IMG/VR virus record: IMGVR_UViG_3300048574_000424
Span: 1 to 49,133 of that record
DNA from: a virus
Taxonomy: Duplodnaviria; Caudoviricetes
DNA length: 49,133 nucleotides
Reading direction: 5' to 3' (one strand)
Position numbers and translations under genes: made by a program. Shown one piece after another: positions 45,187-49,133 of this stretch. Positions within the stretch are counted from its first letter, which is position 1. Each line of letters opens with the position of its first letter. The notes below the pieces were generated by a model that searched no databases, was not told the origin of the DNA, and was given only the letters and a program-made list of their open reading frames with translations.

Positions 45187-47543
45187 GGGCGCGCGTCACC
45201 CTGGTGGTGGATGCCTTCAATCCGCTACGCTCCATGCAGGTGGTCGAAGTCTCCGAACCCCTGACCATCCGCGCCTTTTTGGATGGGCGCGGCATCACCG
45301 AATTTCTGGTGCCCACCATCTGCCTGAGGAATGGCCGCCCCCTGCTGCGTCGGTACTGGGCCGGGACTGTCATCGATCACGACGATATCGTCGCCTTCGT
45401 CGCCCAGCCGCTGGGCGGCGGTGGGGGAGGCGGCGGCAAGAACCCGCTGACCACTGTGCTGATGGTGGCGGTGATGGTGGTGGCCATGGTGCTGGGCCAG
45501 TACTATGTCGGCCCCATGCTGGCCTCCTCGCTGGGCGTTACCAGCGCCGCCGGTATCGCCACGGTGGGCGCCGTCTCGACGGCGGTGATTGCCTCGGCCG
45601 GCATGATGGCGGTGGGCGCCCTGGTGTCGGCCCCCAATCCCGCCACCCCCTCGCTCAACTGGGGCGGCGGTGGCGGGGTGTCGCCGTCTCCCACCTACAG
45701 CCTGACCGGATCGAGCAATCAGGCCCGGCTGGGCCAGCCGATCCCCGAGATTTTCGGCCGCCATAAGGTGACGTTCGACCTCGCCGCCACGCCCTACCAG
45801 GACTATGTCGACGGCGAACAGTTTCTCTACCAGCTTCATTGCATTGGCGTCGGGCAATACCGCATCGACGCCCTGATGATCGACGACACTCCGTTCTCCT
45901 CGTTCGAGGAGGTGGAGTACGAGGTGGTTCCGCCCGGTTCCGCCGTCACCCTGATGGACGCCTGGGTGGTCACCGCCGTCGAGGTGGCGGGACAGGAACT
46001 CAAGGGGGCGAACACGCTGATCACCGGCGAGGACGGTTGGGTCGGGCCGTTCGTCGCCACTCCCGCCACCACCACCGCCCATCACATCGGCATCGACGTG
46101 GTGTTCACCAACGGTCTCTATTACGCCAATAATTCCGGCACCCTCGATCCCAAGACGGTAACCTGGGAGGTGTGGGCCCGGCCGATCGGTGACCTCGGTA
46201 CCGCGCTGGGGGGCTTCTCGCTGCTGGCGGCCGAGACCTATACGGCCGCCAGCAACACCCAGATCCGGCTGTCCTACAAATACGCCGTCGCTTCGTCCCG
46301 CTGGGAGGTCAGGCTCCGCCGCACCAACGACCGCGATCAGGACGGCCGCACCGCCCATGAAATCCGCTGGGGCGAAATGCGCTCCTATCTGAACGGTTCG
46401 CCCGATTACGGCGACGTCACCCTGCTGGCGGTCAAGATGCGGGCCACCGATAATCTGTCGCAACGGTCAAGCCGGCTGATCAACGGCATCGTCATCCGCA
46501 AGCTCCCCATCTGGTCGCCCGCCATCGGCTGGTCCGAGCCGGTGCCCACCCAGGCCATCGCCCCGGTGGCCGCCTATATCATGCGCGCCGCCAATGGCGC
46601 GCAACTGGCCGATACCCGCCAGGATCTCGACATGCTGTGGCGGCTGCACGCCGTCTGGGAAGCCCGTGGCGACCGCTTCAGCGGAGTGTTCGACACCACC
46701 ACCACCGCCTGGGAGGCCCTGGTCAAGGTGCTGCGGACGGGACGCGCCGCCCCCTATCAGCAGGGCGGCATCGTCCGCTATATCCGCGACCAGCCCCGCG
46801 CCCTGCCGGCGGCGCTATTCAACGGCCGCAACATCGTCAAAGGCAGCTTCGCCATCGAATACGTCATGCCCGGCGAGGACACCGCCGACGCGGTGACGGT
46901 GGAGTTTTTCGACGAAATCACCTGGAAGATCGCCGAGATCACCGCGAGCCAACGGGATGGCGCCATCCGGGTGCTGACGCCCTCCGAGATGGTCAACGCC
47001 CCGCCGGAAAAGCCGGGCCGGGTGCAGATGTTCGGCATCACCAACCGCGACCACGCCGGACGAGAAGCCTGTTTCCTGGTGGCCTGCAACATCTATCGCC
47101 GCCGGTTACCGACCTGGAAGACCGAGCTGGACGGCATGATTCTGTCTTACGGCGAGTTGGTGGCCGTCTCCCACCCCATGCCCTCCTGGGGCCAGGGCGG
47201 CGAAGTGGTGGAGTGGGACGAGATATCGGCCACGCTCACCCTGTCCGAGCCGGTGCGCTGGAGCGAGGGAGCCGCCCATTTCATGGCGCTGCGCCGCCGT
47301 GATGGCGGCATGGAGGGGCCGGTGGAGATCGAGGCTGCGCCCGGCGGCGACCCGTTCCAGGTCCGCGTCCTCGACTCGTTGCCGTTCGAGCCCGATCTTG
47401 GCGGGGATCGCGAGCGGACCTACTACGCCCTGGGGCCTGGGGACACATGGGCGCAACGGGTGCTAGTGCGCTCGTTACGCCCCCGTTCGCGTCAGGTCGA
47501 GATCTCGGGAATCTGCGAGGACGACCGGGTGCATGTCAATTGA
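45183..47543 (+). CDS. Host specificity / central tail tip protein (TipJ-like, with N-terminal gpI-like part)
   Basis: 786 aa; SPTYS, NQARLGQPIP..FG, ends EDDRVH. Confidence 0.82.
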   Translation: MRARVTLVVDAFNPLRSMQVVEVSEPLTIRAFLDGRGITEFLVPTICLRNGRPLLRRYWAGTVIDHDDIVAFVAQPLGGGGGGGGKNPLTTVLMVAVMVVAMVLGQYYVGPMLASSLGVTSAAGIATVGAVSTAVIASAGMMAVGALVSAPNPATPSLNWGGGGGVSPSPTYSLTGSSNQARLGQPIPEIFGRHKVTFDLAATPYQDYVDGEQFLYQLHCIGVGQYRIDALMIDDTPFSSFEEVEYEVVPPGSAVTLMDAWVVTAVEVAGQELKGANTLITGEDGWVGPFVATPATTTAHHIGIDVVFTNGLYYANNSGTLDPKTVTWEVWARPIGDLGTALGGFSLLAAETYTAASNTQIRLSYKYAVASSRWEVRLRRTNDRDQDGRTAHEIRWGEMRSYLNGSPDYGDVTLLAVKMRATDNLSQRSSRLINGIVIRKLPIWSPAIGWSEPVPTQAIAPVAAYIMRAANGAQLADTRQDLDMLWRLHAVWEARGDRFSGVFDTTTTAWEALVKVLRTGRAAPYQQGGIVRYIRDQPRALPAALFNGRNIVKGSFAIEYVMPGEDTADAVTVEFFDEITWKIAEITASQRDGAIRVLTPSEMVNAPPEKPGRVQMFGITNRDHAGREACFLVACNIYRRRLPTWKTELDGMILSYGELVAVSHPMPSWGQGGEVVEWDEISATLTLSEPVRWSEGAAHFMALRRRDGGMEGPVEIEAAPGGDPFQVRVLDSLPFEPDLGGDRERTYYALGPGDTWAQRVLVRSLRPRSRQVEISGICEDDRVHVN

Positions 47544-47558
47544 TCCCGCTTCGCGGTC

Positions 47559-47665
47559 GGGCTGCCGCCCAAGCCCGCTTGGGGCAAGGCCCCAAACCCC
47601 ATTCCTTTTGAAAATCCAAGGGGGATCGGGGCATCGCCCCGAGCGGGGTCGGGGCGGCAGCCCCG
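47559..47665. repeat. Four-hairpin palindromic element C
   Basis: Stems 47559-62/67-70, 47579-85/89-95, 47626-32/36-42, 47650-55/60-65; perfect 12-bp terminal IR 47559-70/47652-63. Confidence 0.65.
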
Positions 47666-47696
47666 CCAACGTACCCACAACGATAAGGATACCGCC

Positions 47697-48026
47697 ATGG
47701 TCTGGCGCAATCTGCCGCCCGAGATGCAGCACACCCTGGCCGGGCTGGCTTGGGCCTGCTGGTGGGCGCTGATCGGCCGCTCGCTCTACCACGCCAATCT
47801 GGTGCGCCAGGGGCGGCGGCGGTTCTGGTCGCTCACCCTGGCCTGGGAGCTGATGATCGCCATCGGCATGGGCGTGGTGGCCGGTGGTGCGGCCGAATAT
47901 CTCCAACTTACCGGCATGGCCGCCGCCGGCTTCATCGCCGCCATCAGCTACCTCGGGCCAAGATCGATTGAAGCCGTTCAGATTTGGGCAGAACGACGGG
48001 CCGGGATCGGTGATCCCAAGGACTGA
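47697..48026 (+). CDS. Putative holin
   Basis: 109 aa with 2-3 hydrophobic segments; AAGGA RBS; upstream of the endolysin. Confidence 0.7.
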   Translation: MVWRNLPPEMQHTLAGLAWACWWALIGRSLYHANLVRQGRRRFWSLTLAWELMIAIGMGVVAGGAAEYLQLTGMAAAGFIAAISYLGPRSIEAVQIWAERRAGIGDPKD

Positions 48027-48054
48027 GCAAGTCTCGCCATTCCTGTTAATCGCA

Positions 48055-48077
48055 GCCGCCTCCGGGCGGCATTTTTT
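48055..48077 (+). terminator. Terminator-like hairpin between holin and endolysin
   Basis: GCCGCC-tccg-GGCGGC-a-TTTTTT. Confidence 0.45.
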
Positions 48078-48090
48078 ATGGAGGTTCCCC

Positions 48091-48528
48091 ATGACCAAGG
48101 ACGCTGTCGTGCCGCGTGGCATTCGCCTCAACAATCCCGGCAATATCAAGGAAGCGCCCAGCGACAAGACTCAATGGCAAGGCGAGCGGACCACCGACGA
48201 CGATCCGGTGTTCGAGGAATTCGTCAGCCCCGAGGCCGGTATCCGGGCGCTGACCCGCATCCTGGTCGGCTACCAGCGCCGCTACGGCCTGAATACCGTC
48301 GCCGGGATCATCAATCGCTGGGCGCCGGGCTGCGAGAACGACACCGGCTCCTATATCGCCCATGTTGCCGCTCGCCTGGGCGTAAAACCCGATCAGGCCA
48401 TCGACCTGACCAAGGCCGACATCATGGCTGGACTGGTCGAAGCCATCATCCGCCATGAAAACGGCCAGCAGCCCTACGCCAAAGAGGTGATCCTGGCCGG
48501 GGTCGGCATGGGGCTGGGGAGTGCCTGA
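48091..48528 (+). CDS. Endolysin-like protein (lysozyme-like 'NNPGNI' family)
   Basis: RGIR.NNPGNI, RWAP..ENDT..Y, II.HENG; GGAGG RBS. Confidence 0.78.
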   Translation: MTKDAVVPRGIRLNNPGNIKEAPSDKTQWQGERTTDDDPVFEEFVSPEAGIRALTRILVGYQRRYGLNTVAGIINRWAPGCENDTGSYIAHVAARLGVKPDQAIDLTKADIMAGLVEAIIRHENGQQPYAKEVILAGVGMGLGSA

Positions 48529-48530
48529 TC

Positions 48531-49133
48531 ATGACCCTGCTCGATCTCCTCGGCGATGCCGCCGCCATCGCCGCCAATCCCATCGCGGGGCTGGCCAAGG
48601 TGGCACTCGACGTCGCCCCCGATATCGCCGGTCTGTTCGGCGACGATGCCGAAAAGGTCGTCGGCAAGCTGGCCGACACCGTCCGCGCCATCACCGGCAC
48701 CGATGATCCCGCCCAGGCCCGCGAGGTGCTGGCCGATCCCAATCTGGTGTTCCAGCTTCGCAGTCAGGCTCAGGCATTCGCCCACGAGGAGCGGATGCAG
48801 CAGATGACTGGGGCCATCACCACGCTGACCGCTACCCTGGCCGACCGCCAGAATGCCCGAGCCAGGGACAGCGAGTTCATCAAGGCCGGGCGGAGCAACC
48901 TCCGCGCCAACGTCCTGCTGGTCACCGCCGGACTCGGCATCGTCGGCGGTATCGGCTTCATGGTGTTTGGCCATGTGGACGGCAACACCGCCGTCGGCGG
49001 CTGCATCATCTCGGTGGTGACCCTGCTGGCGGGCAAGTTCGCCACGGCGTTCGACTTCGAATTCGGCGGTTCGGCGGATTCGGAACAGGCGCGAACCCTG
49101 CTGGCGCACGCACCGCCGATCAACGAAAGATAG
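48531..49133 (+). CDS. Lysis-module membrane protein (holin-like, two C-terminal TMs)
   Basis: DR..AR.R, two hydrophobic helices, F.FGGS. Confidence 0.6.
   Translation: MTLLDLLGDAAAIAANPIAGLAKVALDVAPDIAGLFGDDAEKVVGKLADTVRAITGTDDPAQAREVLADPNLVFQLRSQAQAFAHEERMQQMTGAITTLTATLADRQNARARDSEFIKAGRSNLRANVLLVTAGLGIVGGIGFMVFGHVDGNTAVGGCIISVVTLLAGKFATAFDFEFGGSADSEQARTLLAHAPPINER

Larger units (their letters stand above)
1..49133. mobile_element. Lambda-like siphovirus prophage with serine integrase (boundaries uncertain; 1-4450 may be cargo or flanking island)
   Basis: Ordered integration, immunity, replication, packaging, head, tail and lysis modules with no obvious broken core gene; att sites not identified. 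Confidence 0.9.

Overview
The window is essentially one GC-rich, lambda-like (long non-contractile tail) temperate prophage of an alphaproteobacterium. A Rhodospirillales/Magnetospirillum-like host is my inference from gene style and is not verified. Left to right: (1) ~4.4 kb of accessory, defence-like cargo (HEPN RxxxxH protein, PD-(D/E)xK nuclease, GIY-YIG protein, an unknown protein, and a gene with a long switch-like 5' leader); (2) a large serine recombinase module; (3) a CI/S24 repressor and divergent early operon (Sak4-like ATPase, SSB-like, Cas4-like exonuclease, RecD-like helicase, TOPRIM-VirE primase/helicase); (4) an antisense DUF3800 (RNase H-fold) gene with a highly structured ~125-nt element right after its stop codon, inserted between the primase and a probable origin; (5) a repeat-rich candidate packaging site and a three-enzyme DNA-modification cassette (C5 methyltransferase with a nested +1-frame ORF, PAPS-reductase-like protein, ParB-N6/N4 methyltransferase); (6) small morons including HU; (7) lambda-type head genes; (8) tail genes with a BrnT/HTH toxin-antitoxin insert, a -1 frameshift chaperone, a compositionally foreign Gly-rich adhesin and three structurally conserved four-hairpin intergenic elements; (9) lysis genes. 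The best candidates for undescribed systems are the DUF3800 + structured RNA module (17960-18957), the leader-RNA/protein pair (3384-4448) and the PD-(D/E)xK + HEPN operon (1-1916). All family names come from recognising motifs by eye. No database search was run, and att sites could not be located.
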